DNA of 64,000 nucleotides from Candidatus Omnitrophota bacterium (GTDB lineage: Bacteria; Omnitrophota; Gorgyraeia; Aquiviventales; Aquiviventaceae): contig JACQRB010000023.1 in the NCBI GenBank assembly GCA_016206685.1, forward strand, positions 29,287-93,286. The letters run 5' to 3'. Each line of letters starts with the position of its first letter. Position 1 is the stretch's first letter. Below are positions 1 through 9,293 of this stretch, in pieces. The position numbers and the translations under genes are program-made. The notes beneath the pieces are model-generated. The model was given only the letters and a program-made list of their open reading frames with translations, did no database searches and was not told the origin of the DNA.

Positions 1-266
1 CTGGCGTCCTCGCCGGCATCGGCGATATCGATCGTTGCCGGGAAGCGCTGTGAGGCGATGAAGTCCCGGATCGCCTCCGCCCGAAAGCCCGCGCACAACA
101 CAAACTCGCGAAACTGCTTGCCCAGATAGAATTCGATGATGTGCTGAAGGATCGGCTTGCCGTTGAGCGGCACCAAGGGCTTGGGCAGATCAGTGGGAAG
201 CGGCTGCAAGCGGCTGCCCCGTCCCCCGCACAAAATGACGAGTGGGGGCGGATGGGTTGTGGTCAT
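1..266 (-). CDS. sugar-1-phosphate nucleotidyltransferase, N-terminal fragment (glucose-1-phosphate cytidylyl/thymidylyltransferase family); the gene continues past the window start
   Basis: Manual minus-strand translation from the ATG at 266..264 gives MTTTHPPPLVILCGGRGSRLQPLPTDLPKPLVPLNGKPILQHIIEFYLGKQFREFVLCAGFRAE... This carries the G-G-x-G-(S/T)-R-L pyrophosphorylase loop and the KP(L/M)V motif of RfbF/RmlA-type enzymes. It is absent from the ORF track because it is truncated by the window edge. Confidence 0.55.
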   Translation of the reverse strand, partial: MTTTHPPPLVILCGGRGSRLQPLPTDLPKPLVPLNGKPILQHIIEFYLGKQFREFVLCAGFRAEAIRDFIASQRFPATIDIADAGEDA

Positions 267-1203
267 CTGATCTCTCCCGTACGATGAAGACCGGGCGACC
301 CTTGGTTTGATCATACACCCGGCCGATGTACTCTCCGAGGACTCCGATGGCAACCAGTTGGAGGCTCCCCAGGAACAGAATAGCGACCGTGAGCGTGGCC
401 CACCCCGGTGGCCACGGCAGATGGTGAGCGATGCGCAAGAGATCCATCACCCCCAGGCTAAACACAAACAGCATGTACAGCAACGCCAGCCCCGCGGTCA
501 GTGCCCCGATCAGCCCAACGATCCGAAGCGGATAGCGCGAGAAGGCAAACAATCCATCCAACGCAAACGCCACCAAGTGTCGATACGAGAACTTCGAGAC
601 GCTACGAAGGCGATCTTCCACATCGTAGAGGACCCCACGTTGTCGGAAGCCCACCCACTTCACCTGCCCCCGCAAAAATTTGTGATACTCCGGAATCTGC
701 AAGATCACCTCGGCCACCTTTCGGTCCAGCAGGCGAAAGTCCGAGAGCCCAAAATCAAGCTCCAGCCCGGAGAGCTTTGAGATGCCCCAGTAGAACAGTT
801 TCACCATAAGCAGCCGTGGCCATGGGACCCGGGCGTTACGCTTGGTGGTGTACACCACCTCAGCCCCGTCTTGCCACAGCGCGATCAGTTGGGGCAAGAG
901 CGCGGGGGGATGCTGCAGATCCGCGTCCATCGTGATGATCGCGTCTCCTCGGCACACCGACATCCCGGCAAACAGCGCGTTCTGATGTCCGAAGTTCCTG
1001 GAGAGGGAGAGGTAGCGGATCTTGGGGTCCTCGGCCCGGAGCCGTTTGATGACCTCCAAGGACTCATCGGTGCTGCCGTTATCAACGAACACCATCTCGT
1101 AGTCAACCTGGGCCTGCCGGCAGGCGTCCCGAACCTCCGTCGAGAGAGCGGTCAGGTTCTCGGCTTCGTTCCACACGGGAAACACGATTGAGACGATGCG
1201 CAT
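190..1203 (-). CDS. GT2 polyprenyl-phosphate sugar glycosyltransferase (ArnC/GtrB/DPM1-like) with C-terminal TM helices
   Basis: 337 aa ORF. N-terminal sequence VSIVFPVWNEAENL...VFVDNGSTDES...DADLQHPP shows GT2 DxD-type motifs. The C-terminal hydrophobic segments are typical of Und-P-sugar synthases. Confidence 0.75.
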   Translation of the reverse strand: MRIVSIVFPVWNEAENLTALSTEVRDACRQAQVDYEMVFVDNGSTDESLEVIKRLRAEDPKIRYLSLSRNFGHQNALFAGMSVCRGDAIITMDADLQHPPALLPQLIALWQDGAEVVYTTKRNARVPWPRLLMVKLFYWGISKLSGLELDFGLSDFRLLDRKVAEVILQIPEYHKFLRGQVKWVGFRQRGVLYDVEDRLRSVSKFSYRHLVAFALDGLFAFSRYPLRIVGLIGALTAGLALLYMLFVFSLGVMDLLRIAHHLPWPPGWATLTVAILFLGSLQLVAIGVLGEYIGRVYDQTKGRPVFIVRERSDDHNPSAPTRHFVRGTGQPLAAASH

Positions 1204-1212
1204 CTCACCCCC

Positions 1213-2271
1213 TCATGCTGGTGTCGCGTCCAGCAGGCCTGGGCTATTGGCACACGGTTCGCCGCCGTGGGCGGGAAAGCGAGGAGGCCATGCTCCCATG
1301 CGCTGAAGGATCTGCTGGGAGGCCGGCCATCTCCGGTCCAGCGCCAAGAGATCCACGATCCGTCGCTCCGTTCCCGCTTCCGGTGCCAGCGGCTCGGAGG
1401 CCCCGTAGAGAAAGCACTCGATCCCGAATCGCGAGAGATAACGGATCACCTCCCCGCGCTGTTCCCGCCAGACCTCAATGACCATCAGCCGAATGGACTG
1501 TTTGGCCAGCAGCCCTTCCGCCGAATACAGCACGTCCAGCTCGGCTCCCTCCACATCTATCTTGAGGATGCAGGGCCCGTTGACGAGCTCATCCAGCCGC
1601 CGGCAGGCGACGGTCACCGTCGGACGAAAGGCCGGATGGCGCGCGCAATAGGTCTCCGCGCGAATTTGCCGCGGGCCCGACCGGAATTCTTCCAGCGGCC
1701 GCAGCCCGCCACCGCCATCATTCAACGGATTGCGGAAATACGCCGCCGACCGGTTCCTGCTGGCGATGGCACAGGCCGGCACGTCGATCCGTTCCAGCCC
1801 GTTCAGAAGGAGATGAGCGCACAGAGCCCGGTGATTGTCCGGATCCGGCTCCACGGCCAGGACCCGTTTGGACGGATACGCCTGAGCGATCGTCATGGCG
1901 TACCAGCCGAGGTGGGCACCGACATCCACGAAGCAATCCGCGGACGGCATCCCGGCCGCGATGAGCCCAAGCCATTCCGCATCATACCGGCCCGCGGTGC
2001 GGAAGTGCCACAGCTGCGTGGTCTGACAGAGGTTGAGCTCCAAACGGAGGCATTTCGAAGAGTCCACGACATTGCGATACCGCACGCTGACGCGCCACGA
2101 TTGCCGCAGGCGGCGCAACACACCCAAAATGAGATGATGACAGTAGGCGGCGGCGCCGAGCGGTCGTCGCAGGATCTTTTCGCACGCGCGCCACGGATAA
2201 AAGATGCCGCCGGCAATCGCCCGGGCCAGCATCTGGCGCAGGAGATTGCTCATCCCGTTCAGCGTGGTCAT
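1213..2271 (-). CDS. FkbM-family SAM-dependent methyltransferase
   Basis: 352 aa. FDVGAHLGWY...LAVEPDPDNH...KIDVEGAELDVL matches the Methyltransf_21/FkbM pattern. Confidence 0.6.
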   Translation of the reverse strand: MTTLNGMSNLLRQMLARAIAGGIFYPWRACEKILRRPLGAAAYCHHLILGVLRRLRQSWRVSVRYRNVVDSSKCLRLELNLCQTTQLWHFRTAGRYDAEWLGLIAAGMPSADCFVDVGAHLGWYAMTIAQAYPSKRVLAVEPDPDNHRALCAHLLLNGLERIDVPACAIASRNRSAAYFRNPLNDGGGGLRPLEEFRSGPRQIRAETYCARHPAFRPTVTVACRRLDELVNGPCILKIDVEGAELDVLYSAEGLLAKQSIRLMVIEVWREQRGEVIRYLSRFGIECFLYGASEPLAPEAGTERRIVDLLALDRRWPASQQILQRMGAWPPRFPAHGGEPCANSPGLLDATPA

Positions 2272-4094
2272 CCCGCCACCGGAACCGTCAACTGCGTGAA
2301 CGCCCCCCGCCGGCCTCGCAACTGCTCCGGCGGCCCCTGTTCCACCGCACGGCCCTGATTCAGCACCACCACCCAGCCGGCCGAGGCCACCATGGTCTCT
2401 CCATGGGCGACCAGGATGACGGTGCGATGCCTGGTGGCGGTGGCGATGGCCTGCTGGACCAGCTGTTCTGACACGGCATCCAACGCGCTGGTCGCCTCAT
2501 CTAACACCAGCAGGTCCGGATCCCCCAAGACCGCGCGGGCGATGGCCAGGCGTTGTTGCTGGCCACCGGACAGCGTCGTCCCGCGCTCCCCCAGGATCGT
2601 CTCATAGCCGTGGGGCAACTGGCGAATGAACTCATCAGCGAGGGCGATGGTGGCGGCCTGGATCACCTGCTGACGCGAATAGTCGCGCCGCCCGATCAGG
2701 ATGTTCTCCACCACCGTCCCGCGGAAGATGAAGGGCTCCTGCGCCATGAACCCGATCCGCCGCAGCCAGCCGTTCCGGTCGTACGCCTGCAGCGGTGTCC
2801 CATCCACCAGGATGCAGCCCGCCGACGGCTCCAGCAGCCCCAACACCAGATTGAGCACGGTGGTCTTCCCTGAGCCCGATGGCCCGACGATGGCCGTGCA
2901 CAGACCCTTGCGAAACGCCACGCTCAGGCCCCGCAGCACGGGCGGCCGGCCTGGATACGCGAATGACACGCCGTCCAGGACCACCCCGTCCCGCAGATGA
3001 TCGAACCGACGCTGACCGTGCGGCACGGCAACCACGGGGATCGTCAGCGCCTGCCCAACGCGTTCGGCGTTGGGCAGGGCCTCATGGATCTCCATTCGCA
3101 GCCGTCCAAGACCCGACAGCGATGGCACGAGCTGGAACAACCCTACGGCAAATAACCCGGTGACCGGCAACGCCGACGTCATATGCGTCGGGGACCAGGC
3201 GCTCAACAGCCCCACCGAGACCAGCAGCAGGAGCACGATGGCCAACTCAATGATCGGCCGGGGGATGGCCAGCCACAGATGGAATCGGGCCAGCAACGTC
3301 GTATACCGTCGCGTCTGCTCACGGAAGCGCGAGAGCCATACCTCCTTGGTGCAGAAAATCGTCAGGTGTCGCATGCCCGTCAGCAATTCGTGCAGCAGCG
3401 TCATCTGCTCCGCATTGGCCTCCGCCCGTCCTTTCCCGCTGGTATAGGCGATCCGCAAAGATAGCGCATGCAGGAGCCCCATCACCCCCGCTGTCACGAC
3501 GCTCAGCACCATGGTCGGCACGGGGAACGCCACCAGAAGCACGACGGTAATCGCCGCCACCTTGAGCCACTCCATGATCCATTGGGGGATTTTCCGCACG
3601 AGCAATGCGACGCGCGTTGGAGCGACCGTGCAATCAAACAGCAGCGTGCCTTGCTTCTGTTCCGACAGCTGCGCGGGGGATGCGCCGGCATAGCGTGCCA
3701 GCACAGAGTTTTCCACATCCCACAGCACGCGCCCGCTCAACCGGGCGATGAGCCATTCCCGCAGCAGCACCACCCCCGCCCTGCAGATCATGACCGTCGC
3801 CAGCAGCACCATCGCACCAGGGAGGACGCCTCCCACCGGCAGGCGTTGCGCCAGCGAGACCACCCATCCCAATACACCGGTCACGCGACTCAGCCCCTCC
3901 GGATGCAGCACCACTTGAAACACGGGAAAGAAGGCGACCAAGCTCACGCTCTCGAGCACCGTCGCCACCGCCATGGCGACCACCACCCCGCCGAACAGCA
4001 ACGGATGCCCCCGAATGCATGCGGCCAGCGTGCTCCAAGCCGGAGAGCGCTCCCACCACCCTGAACGCCGGGGCCGCAGCGGCAGATCGGTCAT
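2268..4094 (-). CDS. ABC exporter, fused permease-ATPase (MsbA-like type I exporter)
   Basis: 608 aa. The N-terminal half is hydrophobic. The C-terminal half has Walker A GPSGSGKTT, the ABC signature LSGGQQQRLAIARA and Walker B LLVLDEATSALD. It has an ATGA overlap with the downstream gene at 2268-2271. Confidence 0.85.
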   Translation of the reverse strand: MTDLPLRPRRSGWWERSPAWSTLAACIRGHPLLFGGVVVAMAVATVLESVSLVAFFPVFQVVLHPEGLSRVTGVLGWVVSLAQRLPVGGVLPGAMVLLATVMICRAGVVLLREWLIARLSGRVLWDVENSVLARYAGASPAQLSEQKQGTLLFDCTVAPTRVALLVRKIPQWIMEWLKVAAITVVLLVAFPVPTMVLSVVTAGVMGLLHALSLRIAYTSGKGRAEANAEQMTLLHELLTGMRHLTIFCTKEVWLSRFREQTRRYTTLLARFHLWLAIPRPIIELAIVLLLLVSVGLLSAWSPTHMTSALPVTGLFAVGLFQLVPSLSGLGRLRMEIHEALPNAERVGQALTIPVVAVPHGQRRFDHLRDGVVLDGVSFAYPGRPPVLRGLSVAFRKGLCTAIVGPSGSGKTTVLNLVLGLLEPSAGCILVDGTPLQAYDRNGWLRRIGFMAQEPFIFRGTVVENILIGRRDYSRQQVIQAATIALADEFIRQLPHGYETILGERGTTLSGGQQQRLAIARAVLGDPDLLVLDEATSALDAVSEQLVQQAIATATRHRTVILVAHGETMVASAGWVVVLNQGRAVEQGPPEQLRGRRGAFTQLTVPVAG

Positions 4095-5236
4095 GGCGAG
4101 GCTCCGTTCGGGTCCAGCGCCCCGGCCACCGGGGCCATGGCCATGTCGCCAGATGGGCGATCAGGACGCGGCCGCATAGCTTCCCCGCCGATCCGGCCGA
4201 TATACTCAAACGACTGCGACGGATAGAGCACCGTCTCATAGAAGAACAGCCGCTTCCGCCGATAGAGGTGCGACGTCACCGGGGTAATTTGAAAATGCAG
4301 ACATTGCTTCCGGTCCCACACCGGATAGTCAAGGATGGTCAGGTCGGAATCGTAGCTCGGCGCGGACTGAAAACGGTTGACCGTGAAGACATATTGTGCG
4401 GTCGTGAAGACGGGCGAACTGAGATAGCGTGTGAACCATTCCCGCGTCATCTCGCCAAGCGAAAAGAAATTGGTGAAGAGATCCACCGTCCCCGGCGCAA
4501 TCCGCTGGTACCACGCCACGGGAACCAGCGCAACGTCATAGGCCTGGAGTACCTCGCGGGTCACCGCGGGGACCGAGGCCAACTCCTTCACGCCCGCGAT
4601 GCGCACCTCCGGAAGACAGCTCCCCAGAAAGTAGTAGGCCAGCAGCAGTTGCTCCGGAAAGTCCACCAAGATTGAGCGACTCTGCGGATACTCCGAGGCG
4701 AGCAAGTACGAGAAAATCGCATAGCTGCACCCCAGATCGAGGGCCACGAACGGCCTCGTCAGCCGCGGCCCCAGCACGCGGTTGAGCACATTCAGGTAGT
4801 GAATGTGCGTGTGCCACCGATAGGTGTAGCGATAGCCGTCCCGCCGGAAGATATGGGGGTTGCCCGCCGGATGGCAGGGGTATTGCTTCAGCAGCTCCAC
4901 ATCCCCACATTGCTTCAAGGTGTCCAAGCATTCGATCATCCGTCGGCGCGTCCCCCGGCGTCCCCCGGTCCAGTTGCGCGGGAGCCAGGGGTTGAGATTG
5001 ACGCCGCCATACTCAATGACGAAAATCCGGTCCCGTCGGAAGTTCCGCAACGCCTCCCGCTTGATCCGCAGATCTGGCGTGATGAACCGCTGGGGTTCCT
5101 CGGCCACCCGCTTGGCCCATCGGCTGCCCAGGTTCGTTTTGCCCTGGGTCAAGAGACCGTGGGCGGCTTGGGCTCGCAGCTCTTCCTCCACCCGGTCAAT
5201 TAGCGCGTCATCATGATGCATGTGCCCTGGCCTCAC
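4091..5236 (-). CDS. putative SAM-dependent methyltransferase (sugar O-methyltransferase-like)
   Basis: 381 aa. The divergent motif-I-like segment ALDLGCSYAIFSY and its overall size resemble putative sugar O-methyltransferases. This is a weak family assignment. Confidence 0.4.
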   Translation of the reverse strand: MRPGHMHHDDALIDRVEEELRAQAAHGLLTQGKTNLGSRWAKRVAEEPQRFITPDLRIKREALRNFRRDRIFVIEYGGVNLNPWLPRNWTGGRRGTRRRMIECLDTLKQCGDVELLKQYPCHPAGNPHIFRRDGYRYTYRWHTHIHYLNVLNRVLGPRLTRPFVALDLGCSYAIFSYLLASEYPQSRSILVDFPEQLLLAYYFLGSCLPEVRIAGVKELASVPAVTREVLQAYDVALVPVAWYQRIAPGTVDLFTNFFSLGEMTREWFTRYLSSPVFTTAQYVFTVNRFQSAPSYDSDLTILDYPVWDRKQCLHFQITPVTSHLYRRKRLFFYETVLYPSQSFEYIGRIGGEAMRPRPDRPSGDMAMAPVAGALDPNGASP

Positions 5237-5251
5237 GCGGCGGTCACGCCG

Positions 5252-6013
5252 TCAGGGTTTCTTCACGCACACGAATCCGACGAAGTTGTACCACTGGAAG
5301 AATGTTTCAACGACCTGGAAGCCGGCCTTCCGAAACAGTGCCATATTCTCATCGATGCGGTAGGGAATCAGGACGTTCTCCAACGCCTCCCGCTTGCGCA
5401 GAATCTCGGTGTCGGAATAGCTGTTGCGTTTCTTGAACTCGTAGTAGAGCTCGATGAACAGCCGGTTCATGTCGCTGCTGTTGGTCAGAATCTTTTCCGT
5501 CACGATGAGCGCGCCGCCGTCCACAAGCGCCTCGTAGAGCCGCCGCAGCAGCGCCTCCCGATGCAGCGGTCGGACGAACTGCAGCGTCCAGCAGAGCGTG
5601 ATGATGCTGGCAGGCTCCAGCGGCGCGTCATTGATATCGCCGTAGCGGATATCAATCAGGTGATCAAGCCCTTGTGCCTTGATGCGACCCCGGGCCTTCT
5701 CGACCATCGGCATCGAGTTGTCGTAGCCGATGAGCTGCGGCTGGTCATCGTTGAGCTCCCGCGCCATATTCATGAGGGTCGTCCCCGTGGAGGAACCTAA
5801 GTCATAGATGCGGGTGTCCGGCGTGTAGAATTTCTTCGCCAGCTCTTTGATGACCATCTGCTGCTCCACGTAGAACGGGACGCTGCGCAGCAGCATGTCA
5901 TCGAACACCTCAGCGACTTCCCGTGTAAACGCAAAATCACTGCCTCGCGCGGCGGTCCCTTCAAAGAGCTGATCACGCATCCTCTCTCCTTGTGTCTCTG
6001 CGGCCTCGGTCAT
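5252..6013 (-). CDS. cmoA-like: CmoA-family protein (carboxy-S-adenosyl-L-methionine synthase homologue / class I SAM MTase fold)
   Basis: AEVFDDMLLRSVPFY...RIYDLGSSTGTT...IGYDNS.PMVEKAR...LQFV...DGGALIVTEKI...YSDTEILRKREALENVLIP...AGFQVVETFFQWYNFVGFVCVKK is collinear with E. coli CmoA (VAEVFPDMIQRSVPGYS...VYDLGCSLGAAT...IAIDNSPAMIERCR...LENVMLTD...FQCFNFGSLVALK). The start was chosen at the internal ATG 6013, which forms an ATGA overlap with the upstream gene. The track ORF extends to 6100. Confidence 0.7.
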   Translation of the reverse strand: MTEAAETQGERMRDQLFEGTAARGSDFAFTREVAEVFDDMLLRSVPFYVEQQMVIKELAKKFYTPDTRIYDLGSSTGTTLMNMARELNDDQPQLIGYDNSMPMVEKARGRIKAQGLDHLIDIRYGDINDAPLEPASIITLCWTLQFVRPLHREALLRRLYEALVDGGALIVTEKILTNSSDMNRLFIELYYEFKKRNSYSDTEILRKREALENVLIPYRIDENMALFRKAGFQVVETFFQWYNFVGFVCVKKP

Positions 6014-6735
6014 CGCCGGATCTCCAGCAGCTCGAAGCGCATCACCAGGCATAAGCCGTTCGTCAGCAACCGCCGCTGCTCGGCGTCGCGCATCGTCCAT
6101 GTCCGGACCGGATCATCGGCGCGCGGCGGCAGATCGAAGGGCAGCTCAAACGGAATGAACGTGTGCCGCTCCGGCCCGACGTGCACGTCGAGATAACGCG
6201 AGAACGACGCCTTGCTGAAGAGATTCCAGCCCGGCTCCCGATGCTCGGGGTCTGGATCGTCCACCAACCGGTACTTCACCCAGACGTCGATGGGATGCGG
6301 GTTGAAGCCGCCAAAGACGTACACGCGTCCTCCCGGTTTTGTCCAGAAGAGCAAGTTCGACAGGCAGGGTTCAAACGCATCGAAGATGGAATGCACCCCC
6401 AGCAGGAAGGCGATATCCAGCGAGGCCTCGGGCAACAGCGCCCGGTCCAGCACGGAGCCCTCTCGAAACGTCACACCGGGAACCTTGCGTCGCGCCTGCG
6501 CCAGCAATTCCGGCACCACGTCGTAGCCAGTGTAATGGGCGTCCGGCACTTGCCGCTTCAGATACGCGAGAAATTGTCCCGCCGCACACCCGAAATCGCC
6601 CACCTGCGCCCCCGGCATAAGCGCACCGCTGGCCTGAGCCTGTGCGTAGGCGACCTTAAAGACTTCTTTGGGACGTTCGTAGTACTCGTCCGCCAGATAG
6701 ATGGCCTTATCGTGCGTTCGCGCAACGTTGATCAT
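6010..6735 (-). CDS. class I SAM-dependent methyltransferase
   Basis: 241 aa. Motif I is VGDFGCAAGQF and the post-I acidic residue is YTGYDVV. Its size is typical for Methyltransf_11/12. Confidence 0.6.
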   Translation of the reverse strand: MINVARTHDKAIYLADEYYERPKEVFKVAYAQAQASGALMPGAQVGDFGCAAGQFLAYLKRQVPDAHYTGYDVVPELLAQARRKVPGVTFREGSVLDRALLPEASLDIAFLLGVHSIFDAFEPCLSNLLFWTKPGGRVYVFGGFNPHPIDVWVKYRLVDDPDPEHREPGWNLFSKASFSRYLDVHVGPERHTFIPFELPFDLPPRADDPVRTWTMRDAEQRRLLTNGLCLVMRFELLEIRR

Positions 6736-7829
6736 GCACAGGAACCCGCGCCCACTTGCCCCTCGTTTCCAAAGACGGCTGGGAACACCGCCTTACGGCA
6801 GCGCTGACAAGCCAGGGGCTGTTTGGAGCCGTCGGGATCATTCACCGCCAGTCGCAGCCGCTTCATCTCTTCGCTATTCCAAATCGCATGGAGACGCTGG
6901 TCGAACACGTTGCCGATGTGAAGACTCAGCCCATCGAAACTGCAGCACGGATGAACCGATCCGTCATTGTTGATCGAGACGCGCTGGTACGGCTGAGGGC
7001 AATCTCCCACTTGCAACAAATCGGTATCCGGAATGCGAAATTGCTGCTCGAGCTGTGCATAGTTCGAGTAGCTGGCGGCAGGGTTGACAAACGACTGGAT
7101 ACAAATGAAATCCACTCGGTCTTTCCAATACGCCACGAACTCGTCAAGCTCCTTGTGGTTGAGCTTGCTCTTGACGAACGACACCCGGGTAATTGGGAGT
7201 TGCTTGCCCTGGGCTTTTTTCATCTCCAGAAAGCGGTTGATGTTGCCCATCACCTGCTGAAAGTTGCCGCCCGGCCGCACGTGGTTGTAGGTGTCTTCCC
7301 GAATGGCATCGAGCGAGAAATAGAGTTTCGTGAGCCCTGCATTGAGGAGTTCCTGCGCGCGGGTTTCCGTCAGCATCGTCGCATTCGTCAGGATGATGAC
7401 ATCCAGGACCCCGGCCTGGCTGGCGTAGCGGATGTAGTCGTGGAGATTGCGGGTTCCCAGCGGTTCATTATTGACATTCAGGGTGACGGAGGCCAGGCCG
7501 TGTGGGACCCCCTCATCGATGATCTCCTTGAACTTCTCGAACGTCACCACGTTCTGGCGGTTCTGGACGGCGTACGGGTGGTTGGCATCAAACTCCTCCG
7601 GCTTGATCTGCAAGACGCACTGGGGACAGCGTAGGTTGCAGCCGTAGTACAGCTCAAAGTCGATGTGGATGGGGTAGTCCTGAACGACCTTGAGCTCTTT
7701 GGCCTCCTCCCACCGCTGCCGATAGGCTCGGTACGGCTCACCCAGGATCTGGGCGAGCTTCGCATCCGGATCTCCGGTCACGGTGACCTGCTTCCATGTT
7801 GGTTTGGACATCAGATCCTCCTCAGCCAT
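6732..7829 (-). CDS. radical SAM enzyme with C-terminal SPASM/twitch-type Cys-rich domain
   Basis: The CNLRCPQC (CxxxCxxC) radical SAM cluster motif is near the N-terminus. The C-terminal segment CPQPYQRVSINNDGSVHPCC...ACQRCRKA is SPASM-like. The start is uncertain: the track ORF runs to 7895, and internal Mets lie at 7829 and 7811. Confidence 0.7.
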   Translation of the reverse strand: MAEEDLMSKPTWKQVTVTGDPDAKLAQILGEPYRAYRQRWEEAKELKVVQDYPIHIDFELYYGCNLRCPQCVLQIKPEEFDANHPYAVQNRQNVVTFEKFKEIIDEGVPHGLASVTLNVNNEPLGTRNLHDYIRYASQAGVLDVIILTNATMLTETRAQELLNAGLTKLYFSLDAIREDTYNHVRPGGNFQQVMGNINRFLEMKKAQGKQLPITRVSFVKSKLNHKELDEFVAYWKDRVDFICIQSFVNPAASYSNYAQLEQQFRIPDTDLLQVGDCPQPYQRVSINNDGSVHPCCSFDGLSLHIGNVFDQRLHAIWNSEEMKRLRLAVNDPDGSKQPLACQRCRKAVFPAVFGNEGQVGAGSCA

Positions 7830-8666
7830 GAGGGAACACCGCGACCAGTGGCTGCGAGTGGCCTGGAGCGGCTCCAAATTCAACCAGCCGGACATTGAGG
7901 GCAGCAGCTTTCATGTGCTTTTTTGCTCTGGGATAGCTGTGCTCTGTAAAATGGAAGAGGTTGGCCGCCGCGACAGCGTCGGCTTGACCCTCCACGACCC
8001 CTTGGACAAAATGGTCAAACGTCCCGGCGCCGCCGCAGGCGATCACGGGAATGTCCACGGCTTCCGCGACCGAATGCACCAACGCCAGGTCATATCCCTG
8101 CGCCATGCCATCTCGATCAATGGAGTTCAAGAAGATCTCCCCGGCGCCCTGCCGTTGGGCTTCCTGCGCCCACGCCACCGGCTCGCGCCCGGTCGGCGCC
8201 CGGCCGCAGTCGGCGACCACCTCATAGCGCCCGTCGTCATGGCGCTTGACGTCAATGGACACGACCAGGCACTGGCGCCCGAACACGCGAGCCGCCTCCC
8301 GCAGAAACGACGGCTCCTTGAGCGCGGCCGTGTTGATGACCACTTTATCGGCGCCGCGGCGCAGGCGCTGCGCGATGTCATCGAGCGTGCGGATGCCGCC
8401 GCCGAACGCCAGCGGCACGAAGCAGGCTTTGGACACGGCCGAGAGGATGTCCAGGATGTTCCGGAGACTTTTCACCTTGTGGTCGTCCCGCCGCAAATCG
8501 TGCTCCCCGTCCCGCGTGATATCGAGGTAGATCAGCTCATCCACCTGCCAGTCGGTAAACCGCTTCACCTGATGGATCGGATCGCCCAGGTTCTGGTGAT
8601 ACTGGAACTGCTCGCTGCGGACGATCAGCCCGTTCTTCAGCAAGATGCAGGGAATCAGCCGGGTCT

Positions 8667-8673
<7 letters not shown>
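7822..8673 (-). CDS. HisF-like imidazole glycerol phosphate synthase cyclase subunit homologue (WbuZ-type, LPS/glycan amidotransfer)
   Basis: Internal start MLKTRLIPCILLKNGLIVRS...ELIYLDITRDG...IPVIACGGAGT matches the HisF N-terminus and the (beta/alpha)8 phosphate-binding motifs. The track ORF carries an approximately 35 aa spurious extension. Confidence 0.75.

Positions 8674-9289
<616 letters not shown>

Positions 9290-9293
<4 letters not shown>

Noticed and set aside
190-266. 77-nt overlap between the GT2 gene end and the truncated nucleotidyltransferase gene start
   Set aside because: It could indicate a frameshift or a mis-called start. It is left as two overlapping genes because both reading frames show family motifs up to the overlap.
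1267-2358. 363-aa plus-strand ORF, and similar 150-350 aa plus-strand ORFs throughout (e.g. 5213..5800, 6756..7634, 7783..8718, 32330..33289, 49040..50167)
   Set aside because: Each lies fully antisense to a minus-strand gene with clear family motifs. None has a recognisable domain, and all have biased Arg/Pro/Gly composition.
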